A stretch of 34,939 nucleotides of DNA from contig MFKY01000034.1 of the NCBI GenBank assembly GCA_001781175.1, positions 1 to 34,939 of the forward strand, given 5' to 3'. Below, piece by piece: positions 19,866 to 29,037 of this stretch. The DNA is from Candidatus Kaiserbacteria bacterium RIFCSPHIGHO2_01_FULL_55_37. GTDB taxonomy: Bacteria; Patescibacteriota; Minisyncoccia; Phycocordibacterales; UBA2100. Position 1 is the first letter of the stretch, and each line of letters begins with the position of its first letter. The notes below the pieces were generated by a model. The model saw only the letters and a list, made by a program, of their open reading frames with translations. It ran no database searches and was not told the origin of the DNA. Position numbers and translations under genes: made by a program.

Positions 19866-21270
19866 GGACCGGACATTCATCAAAGACTTGGCAGAGCATG
19901 TAGGGGAGTCGGTCCTTATCAAAGGCTGGGTATCCGTACGGCGCGACCAGGGCAAGATGGTCTTTTTTGATTTCCGCGATATGACGGGTACGGTGCAGGG
20001 GCTTGTCACTCCAGGGGCTGCCGCGATGGACACCGCCAAAAATACCGCGCGCGAATCCGTTGTCGCCATTACCGCAACCGTACAGGAGCGCCCCGGCAAG
20101 AATGCGCAAGCGGGGAAGCAGAATGGCAACATCGAACTCCTTATTCAGGAAATCGAAGTATTGAGCCCCGCGGCAGTGCTGCCGTTTGAGGTCAATGAGG
20201 ACACTGCGGGCATCGGCGAGGAGAGCCGTCTCGCGTACCGCTATCTCGACCTTCGTGGCGAGCGCATGCAGCGCAATATCCGCCTTCGCAGCGAGCTTGT
20301 GCAGCGATGCCGCGAATATCTATTCGGGGAAAAGTTTACCGAAATAGAGACCCCTCTCCTTACCGAATCAACCCCCGAAGGCTCGCGCGATTTCGTCGTA
20401 CCTTCACGACTGCACCCCGGCAAATTCTATGCGCTGCCGCAATCACCCCAGCAATACAAACAGCTTCTCATGGTCGGTGGTTTCGAGCGCTACTTCCAGA
20501 TTGCGCGCGCCGTGCGCGACGAAGACCTGCGCGCGGACCGCGGCTTCGAGCACACTCAAATAGATATTGAAATGTCGTTCGTATCGCAGGAAGACGTGAT
20601 GAGTACCGTCGAAGCGATGATTACGCGGACCGTCGAAGCGATGGGATACGTCGTCAAAGAGAAGCCGTTCCCGCGCTTCACCTACGCCGAGGCCATGGAA
20701 AAATTCGGAGCGGACAAATTCGACCTTCGAACGCCGGAGGATAAAGAAAAGGGCGTCCTCGCATACGCGTGGATCCATAAGTTCCCATTCTTCGAAAAAA
20801 TTCCCGAAGGCGGATGGACGTTCACTCACAACCCCTTCTCGATGCCTACTCCCGAGCATGTCGAACAGCTTCTCGCGAAGAAAGACGTGGGCGATATCCT
20901 TACGACTCAATACGACCTCGTCTGCAACGGGTACGAAGCGGGCGGCGGTAGCATCCGCGCGCATAAGCCGGAGATTCTCAAAGCGGTCTACGAAACGATG
21001 GGTTACTCCGCGGGGGAGACGGAGGAGCGTATCGGGCATATGCTGAAAGCATTCGAATTCGGCGTCCCGCCCCACGGGGGAATCGCTCTCGGCGTCGAAC
21101 GCCTGGTCATGAACCTCACGGGCGAAACACATCTGCGCGAGGTCCAAGCGTTCCCCATGACACGCGGCGGCCAGACTTCCGTCATGAAAGCGCCCAAAGA
21201 GCTGACGCCGGACCAGCTCGCCGAGCTTGGCATCCAGATATCACCAAAACCGAAACACGAGCCCCGTTAG
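19864..21270 (+). CDS. aspS: Aspartyl-tRNA synthetase, short form; alternative ATG starts at 19846/19849
   Basis: OB-fold, RYLDLR, STPEGSRDF, LPQSPQQYKQLLM, PPHGGIALGVERL. The GTG start is rebuilt by element copy 2, and the TAG stop lies inside copy 3. Confidence 0.96.
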   Translation: MDRTFIKDLAEHVGESVLIKGWVSVRRDQGKMVFFDFRDMTGTVQGLVTPGAAAMDTAKNTARESVVAITATVQERPGKNAQAGKQNGNIELLIQEIEVLSPAAVLPFEVNEDTAGIGEESRLAYRYLDLRGERMQRNIRLRSELVQRCREYLFGEKFTEIETPLLTESTPEGSRDFVVPSRLHPGKFYALPQSPQQYKQLLMVGGFERYFQIARAVRDEDLRADRGFEHTQIDIEMSFVSQEDVMSTVEAMITRTVEAMGYVVKEKPFPRFTYAEAMEKFGADKFDLRTPEDKEKGVLAYAWIHKFPFFEKIPEGGWTFTHNPFSMPTPEHVEQLLAKKDVGDILTTQYDLVCNGYEAGGGSIRAHKPEILKAVYETMGYSAGETEERIGHMLKAFEFGVPPHGGIALGVERLVMNLTGETHLREVQAFPMTRGGQTSVMKAPKELTPDQLAELGIQISPKPKHEPR

Positions 21271-21359
21271 AGGTTCGCCTTACGGTCATCAGAACCTTAA
21301 TTACCCATGGAACCACAAGGCTCAAATCATACTCACGCTCAACAGGTCTCTAATGGGGT
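21261..21359. mobile_element. Start-codon insertion element, copy 3 (99 bp, degenerate) at the scpA start
   Basis: GCCCCGTTAGAG/CTCTAATGGGGT (2 mismatches, both G-T) with a GA duplication (21259-60, 21360-61). The upstream triplet is ACG rather than ATG. Confidence 0.75.
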
Positions 21360-22083
21360 GACCGAGCGTTTTTCGTTGAGCACGGAGGCGTACCAAGGGC
21401 CGCTTGAGACGCTCCTCAACATGATAGAGGACCGCAAGATGTCCATTTCAGACATATCGCTCGCCGAGGTGACGGACGCCTATCTCTCGTATGTAGAAAA
21501 ATTACCCGAGCTTCCCCTCGGAGAGACCGCACAGTTTATTCTGGTCGCGTCCACGCTCTTGCTTATCAAATCGCGGGCGCTTCTTCCGTCACTCGAACTT
21601 TCCTCCGATGAACGCGAATCCGTCCAAGAGCTCGAGCGCCGACTCGCGCGGTACGCCGTCATCCGCAAATCAGCAAAGCTGTTGCGGGCCGGCTGGGGAA
21701 CACATCCGGTTCTGCTTGCTCATCGTGCGCCGCAGCGAGAGCCGGTATTCAGCCCGGGCAGCGCCGTACTTGGAACGATAGCGAGCGCCGCTATGCGGCT
21801 CGTGAGCATTTTGCCGAAACCGGAAGCTCTCGCACAGGCCGCGGTCGCGCCAGTCCTCGCGCTTGAAGACGTCATCAAGAGCGTACGCACGCGCCTCATC
21901 ACCGCTATCCGGGCAAGCTTCCGCGAACTTACCAAATCACGCGACCGCAACGAGGTCATCGTCTACTTCCTGGCGACTCTCGAGCTGGTGCGTTCGGGTA
22001 GTGCCAGCGTGACCCAGGAGCGCCTTTTTGAGGATATAACTATCGAACTGGAGAACGTCACCGCCCCGCGCTACGGAATATAA
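21358..22083 (+). CDS. scpA: Segregation and condensation protein A (kleisin); alternative ATG at 21307
   Basis: YQGPLETLL, FILVASTLLLIKSRALLP, VYFLATLEL...QERLFEDI. Confidence 0.93.
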   Translation: MTERFSLSTEAYQGPLETLLNMIEDRKMSISDISLAEVTDAYLSYVEKLPELPLGETAQFILVASTLLLIKSRALLPSLELSSDERESVQELERRLARYAVIRKSAKLLRAGWGTHPVLLAHRAPQREPVFSPGSAVLGTIASAAMRLVSILPKPEALAQAAVAPVLALEDVIKSVRTRLITAIRASFRELTKSRDRNEVIVYFLATLELVRSGSASVTQERLFEDITIELENVTAPRYGI

Positions 22084-22086
22084 CAT

Positions 22087-22656
22087 ATGGATAATCACCT
22101 CACGGCACGCGCACAGGCATTTCTCTTCAGTGAGGGCGGAGCGCTCACGCTCCGTAAACTCGCACAATTGTTGGAGATAAAAGAGCCGGAGCTCCCGCCG
22201 GTCCTCCATGCGCTCAGCGAGCGGCTCACGGGCACCGGACTTGCACTTGTCCGTACGGACACCGAGGTGTCGCTCGTGGCGGACAAAGAGACGTCGCCCG
22301 CCGTCCAAAAGGCATTCGAGCGCGAGCTGGGCAAAGAGATCGGGGACGCGGGGCTGGAAGTCCTGGCCATCGTCCTCTACCGTGGTCCGTCTACGCGTTC
22401 ACAGATAGATTATATCCGTGGGGTGAACACAAGCTCGACTATCAGGAATCTGCTCGCGCGGGGGCTCGTTGAACGCACGGGAAATCCTGAGGACGGGCGT
22501 GAATATCTGTACCGCCCGACCGTCGAATTACTGGCGCACCTCGGCGTGCGCGAGCGCATAGAACTTCCCAATCATGCGGAAATCTTGGCGGAGCTCAACG
22601 CCTTTGAATCCCGTCCCGCGGAACAATCCCCGGGCGAGCAAACACAACAAGTATGA
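22087..22656 (+). CDS. scpB: Segregation and condensation protein B
   Basis: LEVLAIVLYRGP.TRSQIDYIRGVN; adjacent to scpA. Confidence 0.95.
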   Translation: MDNHLTARAQAFLFSEGGALTLRKLAQLLEIKEPELPPVLHALSERLTGTGLALVRTDTEVSLVADKETSPAVQKAFERELGKEIGDAGLEVLAIVLYRGPSTRSQIDYIRGVNTSSTIRNLLARGLVERTGNPEDGREYLYRPTVELLAHLGVRERIELPNHAEILAELNAFESRPAEQSPGEQTQQV

Positions 22657-23738
22657 CCCCGGACGACTCCACTCCACTCGACACGACCGCCGACCCGCAC
22701 GCGATTTCGTATCAGTCCTTACCGCCGGTTTTGGCAGGAGAGCAGCCGCCGCAACCGCTCCTACTTTTGCCCGAGCACGCGGGCGTCTCACGTCTCTCGC
22801 TGCAATACCTTTCGGGCGCGGCGGCGCTCACGCTGCTCTTCTTTGCGAGCGCGAGCGTAACGGTAGCGTATCTCTCCGATACGCGGCCGGTCTCGGCGGC
22901 CTCGCAAACGGCAAGCGCGGCAGCATCCGCCGGCGAAAGCAACTTCCCCGATGTATCCCTCACGGCGCAAAGCGCATACGTTCTCGACCTCACCACGAAC
23001 CGGGTACTGTACTCGAAGAACCCCGAGGTGCAACTGCCGCTCGCATCGCTCATCAAAGTGCCCCTCGTCCTTGCGGTCTTGGAGGCTCTGCGGCCGGACC
23101 AAAACATTACTATTCTGCCGCACACGACGCCTGACGGTGCCGCGGTGCGACTGCCCGCGGGATTGCAATTCTCGACGCAGGAACTCATCAATTTCACTCT
23201 CGTCGCTTCCTCAAACGAAGGCGCCGATATTCTTGCGCAAGCGGCCGAAGACGCGACTCGCATCAAATATCCGCAGGCGACACCCGACCGGGCCGTTTTG
23301 TGGCGCATGAACGAGATAGCGAAAAATCTGGGCCTTACTCACATGTTCTTTCTCAACACGAGCGGTCTGGACTTGAGCTCCACTCAGGCCGGCGCCTACG
23401 GCTCCGCGCGTGACGTCGCTGTCCTTTTCGGACACGCGGCTTCGACTGCTCCGGAAGTGTTCGGGCAGACCTCGCGGGATGCCATCAAGATTAAAGCGTC
23501 GACCGGAGAGACCGTGACCGCCGTAAATACCGACGAGGCGCTACCGGCGATACCCGGCACCGTCATGGGAAAGACGGGTTATACGACCCTCGCCGGCGGC
23601 AACCTCGCCGTGGTCTTCGAGGCGGGCCCCGCCCACCCCATCGTCGCTGTAGTCCTTCATTCGACCCAAAGTGGCCGCTTTGAGGACATAAAACGCCTGG
23701 TTGAGGCCACTGTTGCGTCCATCGGCTCTGACCACTGA
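22653..23738 (+). CDS. D-alanyl-D-alanine carboxypeptidase (peptidase S11 family)
   Basis: TM anchor, SxxK (PLASLIK), SxN (SSN), KTG (GKTGYT). Confidence 0.9.
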   Translation: MTPDDSTPLDTTADPHAISYQSLPPVLAGEQPPQPLLLLPEHAGVSRLSLQYLSGAAALTLLFFASASVTVAYLSDTRPVSAASQTASAAASAGESNFPDVSLTAQSAYVLDLTTNRVLYSKNPEVQLPLASLIKVPLVLAVLEALRPDQNITILPHTTPDGAAVRLPAGLQFSTQELINFTLVASSNEGADILAQAAEDATRIKYPQATPDRAVLWRMNEIAKNLGLTHMFFLNTSGLDLSSTQAGAYGSARDVAVLFGHAASTAPEVFGQTSRDAIKIKASTGETVTAVNTDEALPAIPGTVMGKTGYTTLAGGNLAVVFEAGPAHPIVAVVLHSTQSGRFEDIKRLVEATVASIGSDH

Positions 23739-23787
23739 ATAGCGCTCCACAAGGCAAAATTTGACTGACGGGGTACAATGGTAAAAT

Positions 23788-24858
23788 ATGGTACCCGACC
23801 TCGTCCGCATACTCGTACCCGCCGCTGTCGCTTTCGCTATCGGCATGGCGGGCACTCCCGTACTCAGCCATTATCTTTACAAGTTCAAGGCCTGGAAGAA
23901 GCGTCCCGGTAAACTGGCGCTCGACGGCAGTGCCGCACATGAGTTCAACAGACTGCACATAGAGAACGAGGTCCGTGCTCCGCGCATGGGTGGCATAGTC
24001 GTCTGGGGAAGCGTCGCTCTTACCATCTTCGGTATCGCCGCTATCGCAGAAGTCCTTCCGGCAACCTTGACTACAGACCTCGATTTTCTGAGCCGCAATC
24101 AGACATGGCTGCCGTTCGCGACCCTTATTGCCGGCGCGCTTGTGGGGTTCGTAGACGACATGCTGGTCATCCGTCCGGACGGAGAAGGTTTGCGTTTGCG
24201 CTACCGCGTCATCATCGTCGTCATCCTCGCCTCCTTCATCGGCTGGTGGTTCTGGGACAAACTCGCGATGACGGCCATCAACATTCCGTTCGGCGCACCC
24301 CTCGAAATCGGGTGGCTCATCATCCCTCTCTTCGTGCTTGTATCACTTGCGCTCTACGCCTCAGGCGTCATCGACGGTATCGACGGGCTTTCGGGCGGCG
24401 TTTTCGGCAGCATTTTCGCCTCGTATACCATCATCGCTTTTGCACAGGACCAAATAGACCTCGCGGCATTCACCGCCTGTATCGTGGGCGGACTGCTCGC
24501 ATTCCTGTGGTTCAACATCCCACCGGCGCGGTTCTATATGTCCGACACCGGTACGATGGGGCTGACGCTCGCGCTCGGCGCGGTCGCATTTATGACGGAC
24601 TCACTCGGCGGAGGCGTCGGCATTTCCGTGCTTCCGGTCATCGGCGCACTCCTTGTCGTCACGGTCGCTTCCGACATCGCGCAGGTTGTTTCCAAAAAAT
24701 TCTTCGGTCGCAAGCTCCTGCGCATCGCGCCTCTTCACCACCACTTCGAGGCTATCGGATGGCCCGGTGAAAAAGTCGTCATGCGCTATTGGGTGCTCTC
24801 CGTGGTCTTCGCGTTCGCGGGCGTCATCATCGCCCTCAGCGCGTTGCCCGCACAATGA
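23788..24858 (+). CDS. mraY: Phospho-N-acetylmuramoyl-pentapeptide transferase
   Basis: PRMGG, GFVDD, DGIDGL, FN..PARFYMSDTG, APLHHHFE. Confidence 0.96.
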   Translation: MVPDLVRILVPAAVAFAIGMAGTPVLSHYLYKFKAWKKRPGKLALDGSAAHEFNRLHIENEVRAPRMGGIVVWGSVALTIFGIAAIAEVLPATLTTDLDFLSRNQTWLPFATLIAGALVGFVDDMLVIRPDGEGLRLRYRVIIVVILASFIGWWFWDKLAMTAINIPFGAPLEIGWLIIPLFVLVSLALYASGVIDGIDGLSGGVFGSIFASYTIIAFAQDQIDLAAFTACIVGGLLAFLWFNIPPARFYMSDTGTMGLTLALGAVAFMTDSLGGGVGISVLPVIGALLVVTVASDIAQVVSKKFFGRKLLRIAPLHHHFEAIGWPGEKVVMRYWVLSVVFAFAGVIIALSALPAQ

Positions 24859-25955
24859 AACACGCACGCATAGACAAACCGCTCGCATTTCTTATTTTCG
24901 CTCTGGTCACCGGCGGAAGCCTCATCTTTGTGTCCGCGGCTTTCGGTCTCCTCGGCAGGGGATTTTCCAGCATCACATCCGTCGCTTTCAACCATCTCGT
25001 TCTCGGGGTAGGCGGCGGCACCGTGCTTCTTATCATCGCACTCAACATCAACTACAGGTATTGGAGGCAGTTTGCTCCGTATATTTTTGCTTTTGCGCTT
25101 GCCGCGATGTTGCTCGTTTTTGTTCCCAATCTCGGCTTTGCGCACGGCGGGGGGCAGCGATGGATAGTCTTCTTCGGAGTGTCGTTCCAGCCGTCGGAGT
25201 TCTTGAAGATAGCGAGTATCTTTCTAGCGGCTGCGTACTACTCGGCCATACGCACAAAGACCGAGACGTTCACCTGGGGAGTCGGCGGTCTCGCCGCGAT
25301 ACTCATCGCACCGGTGGTACTCCTCGTCATGCAGCCTGACATCGGTACCCTCGGCATCATCTGCATGAGCGTAGTCGCGATTTTCTTCGCTGCGGGAGCC
25401 CGGATGCGCGACATCGCCATCCTTCTGTGCGTCGCGCTCATCTCGCTTGCGATACTCGCATCTGTAAAGGTGCACGTGAAGGAGCGCATCGTCACCTTTT
25501 TCAACCCCTCGCAAAACCAACAGACGGAAAGCTATCAGATAACGCAATCGCTTATCGCCATCGGCTCCGGACAGGTGTTCGGGCGCGGACTCGGACAAGG
25601 CGTGCAAAAATTCACCTACCTCCCGGAAGCGATGGGGGATTCGATATTCGCCGTCGCGGGCGAAGAATTCGGGTTCATCGGTTCCGGCATTATCGTGCTG
25701 CTTTTCCTCGCGCTCGCGCTGCGGGGTTACGTGGTCGCCGCACGCACGACCGATATGTTCGGCGGCCTCCTTGCCGTCGGCATTTCCACCTACCTTGCGG
25801 GGGAAGCCTTCATCAACATCGCGGCGATGCTGGGCATGGCCCCGCTCACGGGCGTGCCCCTTACCTTTGTGAGCCAAGGGGGAAGCGCGATGCTCATATC
25901 GCTCCTGAGCGCCGGTATCCTCCTGAATATTTCCCGACAACAGAAAAGAGGTTGA
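24855..25955 (+). CDS. ftsW: SEDS peptidoglycan glycosyltransferase (FtsW/RodA)
   Basis: GG.RWI, FQPSEFLK, QPDIGT, S.IAIGSG, YLPEA..D.IF...GEE.G, P.TGVPLTFVSQGGS. The ATGA overlap with mraY gives the start at 24855. Confidence 0.92.
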   Translation: MKHARIDKPLAFLIFALVTGGSLIFVSAAFGLLGRGFSSITSVAFNHLVLGVGGGTVLLIIALNINYRYWRQFAPYIFAFALAAMLLVFVPNLGFAHGGGQRWIVFFGVSFQPSEFLKIASIFLAAAYYSAIRTKTETFTWGVGGLAAILIAPVVLLVMQPDIGTLGIICMSVVAIFFAAGARMRDIAILLCVALISLAILASVKVHVKERIVTFFNPSQNQQTESYQITQSLIAIGSGQVFGRGLGQGVQKFTYLPEAMGDSIFAVAGEEFGFIGSGIIVLLFLALALRGYVVAARTTDMFGGLLAVGISTYLAGEAFINIAAMLGMAPLTGVPLTFVSQGGSAMLISLLSAGILLNISRQQKRG

Positions 25956-25977
25956 ATCTCTCCGCATATAAATAAAG

Positions 25978-25998
25978 AGGCCTCCACAAGGAAGGCCT
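25978..25998. terminator. Hairpin between convergent genes; possible terminator
   Basis: AGGCCTCC-ACAA-GGAAGGCCT (one bulge) with A/T-rich flanks. Confidence 0.45.
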
Positions 25999-26087
25999 AT
26001 CTTTAGGGGCTTAGCATAGAGCAGATTCGGACCGTAGTCCGACTGTATTCCGATTCCCAGTAGTTATTCAGTGAGAGTTGCTAGAAG

Positions 26088-26468
26088 CTAGTTGAACTGC
26101 GCGTTTTTCAGATACCGCTCAGTCAACCTTGCCGCCTCCTCTTCGTCAACGACAACGTAAGTCCACTCGTATTCCTGACATGTTGTGTCGAGAAAACAGA
26201 AGTCGAGTTTGTAGCCGTAGTAGACATTCTCGTCATATGAATACGGACTCAGTTCGCGAGTTAGACCAATGTTCTTGATCTCACGCATCGCCCGTGGAAT
26301 ATCCACATTGTGATATGTCTTATCGAGGCGGTGAACCTCGCTGATCCACCAAACCGCTGCGTGCGGCATTGGTAGCTTCTCGCAGATAACAGCGCGTATA
26401 GTGTCGAGCATGAACGGATGATTGTCCTGCTCCTTAACGTGTTTGAAGAGCTTCCGAAGTGTCGGCAT
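26088..26468 (-). CDS. Hypothetical protein inserted between ftsW and murG
   Basis: 126-aa ORF with an AGGAGG RBS and its own consensus promoter. Confidence 0.75.
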   Translation of the reverse strand: MPTLRKLFKHVKEQDNHPFMLDTIRAVICEKLPMPHAAVWWISEVHRLDKTYHNVDIPRAMREIKNIGLTRELSPYSYDENVYYGYKLDFCFLDTTCQEYEWTYVVVDEEEAARLTERYLKNAQFN

Positions 26469-26510
26469 CGAACTCCTCCTTCAATGTGCGGTCGGTATTT
26501 GACCTCTTCG

Positions 26511-26539
26511 ATTGTAGCATACGCGGGAGCATATGTCAA
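26511..26539 (-). promoter_or_regulatory. Sigma70-type promoter for the ORF at 26468
   Basis: Minus strand TTGACA-N17-TACAAT with an extended -10 TG. Confidence 0.7.
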
Positions 26540-26581
26540 TTTTAATGCGTGATTGTCCTTGCCGCATGCTAAAATAATCCG

Positions 26582-27724
26582 ATGCGTATCGTTCTAATAG
26601 GAGGGGGGACGGGCGGACACTTTTATCCGCTTATCGCGGTCGCCGAGGCCATCGAAGACATCTGCCTCGAGCGGACGCTCATCGAGCCGGAACTGTACTA
26701 CGTCGGTCCGCCGGCCTTCGATAGCGAGGCTCTCCTCGAACACGACATCACTTTCATCCCGACCTCGGCAGGCAAGGTCCGCAGATATGTGAGTGCTCTC
26801 AACATACTGAGCTTCTTCACTAATGCGGCGGGCATCATACGATCCACTCGGCAACTTTTTTCTCTATACCCCGACGTTGTGTTTTCCACAGGGGGTTACG
26901 CCGCGTTCCCGACCCTTGTTGCCGCCCGGATGCTCCAGATACCGGTGGTGATTTACGACGCCGACGCTACGCCTGGGCGTGTATCTCTGTGGTCCTCCAA
27001 ATTCGCAAAATGGATAGGGGTCGCACACGCCGCTTCCGCGACAAAATATCCCGACCGGGTGCGTGACAAAATAGCGGCCGTAGGTCACCCCATACGCAAA
27101 GCCATCATCGAACCGGTGAAAGAAGGGGGGTACGAATTCCTCAAGCTCGATTCGTCCGTCCCCACCGTTTTCGTCATGGGCGGTTCTCAGGGCGCCCGCG
27201 CGATAAACGAGGTCGTGCTGGACGCGCTCGGAGTAATGGTGTCGCAATTCAACATCGTGCATCAGGCAGGACTGGCCAATACGGGTGACGTGAGCGGCAT
27301 TGCTTCTGTCGTGCTCAAAGACTCGCAATATGCTAACCGTTACAAGATGTTCGGCCTTCTCAATACGCTCGCACTGCGTATGGCGGCGGGCATCGCCTCT
27401 GTCGTCGTCGCACGCGCGGGCTCCGGCACTATTTTCGAGATAGCGAGCTGGGGCTTGCCGTCTATCCTTGTGCCGATACCGGAAGACGTTTCTCACGACC
27501 AGACGGAGAATGCGTTCTCGTACGCGCGGTCAGGAGCGGCGGTCGTTATCGAACAGCACAATCTGTCTCCGCATCTTCTGGTGGCAGAGATACAGCGCAT
27601 CACGAACGATGTCGCCCTGTGCAAGAAAATGTCCGAGGCGGCCCGCACATTCGCACGTCCCGATGCCGCCCGCAAAATCGCTCTTACGCTCCTAGAAACC
27701 TCTATTTCGCATGAACCGGTATGA
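26582..27724 (+). CDS. murG: UDP-GlcNAc:lipid I GlcNAc transferase
   Basis: GGGTGGHFYP, FSTGGY, G.PIR, GGSQGA, RAGSGT, DQTENA. Confidence 0.97.
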   Translation: MRIVLIGGGTGGHFYPLIAVAEAIEDICLERTLIEPELYYVGPPAFDSEALLEHDITFIPTSAGKVRRYVSALNILSFFTNAAGIIRSTRQLFSLYPDVVFSTGGYAAFPTLVAARMLQIPVVIYDADATPGRVSLWSSKFAKWIGVAHAASATKYPDRVRDKIAAVGHPIRKAIIEPVKEGGYEFLKLDSSVPTVFVMGGSQGARAINEVVLDALGVMVSQFNIVHQAGLANTGDVSGIASVVLKDSQYANRYKMFGLLNTLALRMAAGIASVVVARAGSGTIFEIASWGLPSILVPIPEDVSHDQTENAFSYARSGAAVVIEQHNLSPHLLVAEIQRITNDVALCKKMSEAARTFARPDAARKIALTLLETSISHEPV

Positions 27725-29037
27725 AGGTCATAACGCGTTTTCCACCGTCGCCGACCGGTTATTTTCACATCGGAAGCGCGCGCACGGCGCTTTTCAACTA
27801 TCTTTTTGCGGCTCACGAAGGAGGTGAGATGCGGATGCGTTTTGAGGACACCGATACTGCGCGAGGCAAAAAAGAATATGAAGACGACATACTCGAAGGG
27901 ATGCGTTGGCTGGGACTTCTCGGCAAAAAGCAGGCCGCGGTTTGGAAACAGTCAGAACGTACCGGTGTGTACCGCGGTTATATCAAACAACTGATAGAGG
28001 CCGGACATGCCTACGAAGCGGAAGCGGCCACAGATAACCCGGATAAAAAGGTCGTGCGTTTTAAGAATCCCAATACTACGGTTACATTCAACGACCTCGT
28101 TCGCGGTCCCGTGTCGTTTGACACGGGTGAGCTGAAAGATTTTATTATTGCAAAATCGGTCGACGACCCGCTGTACCACCTGGCCGTTGTCGTCGATGAC
28201 CATGAAATGGGCGTCACGCACGTTATCCGTGGCGAAGACCACATCTCGAATACACAGAGGCAAATACTTATTCTCGTAGCTCTGGGATACGGGCGGCCCG
28301 CATATGCTCACATTCCTCTCATTCTCGCGCCCGACCGCTCGAAACTCTCCAAACGCCACGGGGCGGTTTCGGTCAATGAATACCGGAGACAGGGTTTTCT
28401 GCCGCACGCCTTTGTGAATTACCTTGCGCTTTTGGGCTGGAACCCCGGAACCGAGCAGGAAGTCTTTACGCTTGAAGAGCTTGTAAAAGTATTCTCGCTG
28501 GAGCGTATCCACAAGAGCGGTGCTATTTTTGATAAAGAAAAGTTGCTCTGGCTCAACCACCAACACTCCAAGCGTCTGACGGACGCAGAATACGCGGGTC
28601 TCCTCAAAGATTTTACCGATGCGGATGTAAGCCTGCTGCCTGTCTCCCTCATCAAGGAACGCGCGCGGACATTTGGCGAAGCCACCGAACTCATTAAAAG
28701 TGGAGAGTACGATTTCCTCGCTGAGAAGGTCGGGTACGAGCCGCATCTGCTTCTGAAAGGTGCAAAAACAGACGCCGCAACCGCAAAGAAACATTTGAAG
28801 GAAGTCGAGACGTTGTTGATAGATGTATCGGAGAAAGTGTTCGTTTCGGAAGAGATAAAAAACGTCATCTATCCGTACGCGACGGAGCAGGGGAGAAGTA
28901 CGGTGCTTTGGCCGCTGAGGGTCGCACTTTCCGGCCGGGAAAAATCTCCTGACCCCTTCATCATCGCCTCTCTTATCGGCAAAGAAGTGACTCTGAGGCG
29001 TATTGAGTCCGCTTTGTCACACCTTTCGACCTTATGA
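27721..29037 (+). CDS. gltX: Glutamyl-tRNA synthetase (compact form)
   Basis: TRFPPSPTGYFHIG, VVDDHEMGVTHVIRGEDH, KLSKR, and the C-terminal anticodon domain (LRVALSG). Confidence 0.96.
   Translation: MKVITRFPPSPTGYFHIGSARTALFNYLFAAHEGGEMRMRFEDTDTARGKKEYEDDILEGMRWLGLLGKKQAAVWKQSERTGVYRGYIKQLIEAGHAYEAEAATDNPDKKVVRFKNPNTTVTFNDLVRGPVSFDTGELKDFIIAKSVDDPLYHLAVVVDDHEMGVTHVIRGEDHISNTQRQILILVALGYGRPAYAHIPLILAPDRSKLSKRHGAVSVNEYRRQGFLPHAFVNYLALLGWNPGTEQEVFTLEELVKVFSLERIHKSGAIFDKEKLLWLNHQHSKRLTDAEYAGLLKDFTDADVSLLPVSLIKERARTFGEATELIKSGEYDFLAEKVGYEPHLLLKGAKTDAATAKKHLKEVETLLIDVSEKVFVSEEIKNVIYPYATEQGRSTVLWPLRVALSGREKSPDPFIIASLIGKEVTLRRIESALSHLSTL

Noticed and set aside
22653-22665. ATGACCCCGG (and ATGACCCCGCAG at 32919) as element left ends
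   Set aside because: Both lack TTAGA and a right TIR; they are ordinary Met-Thr-Pro codons.
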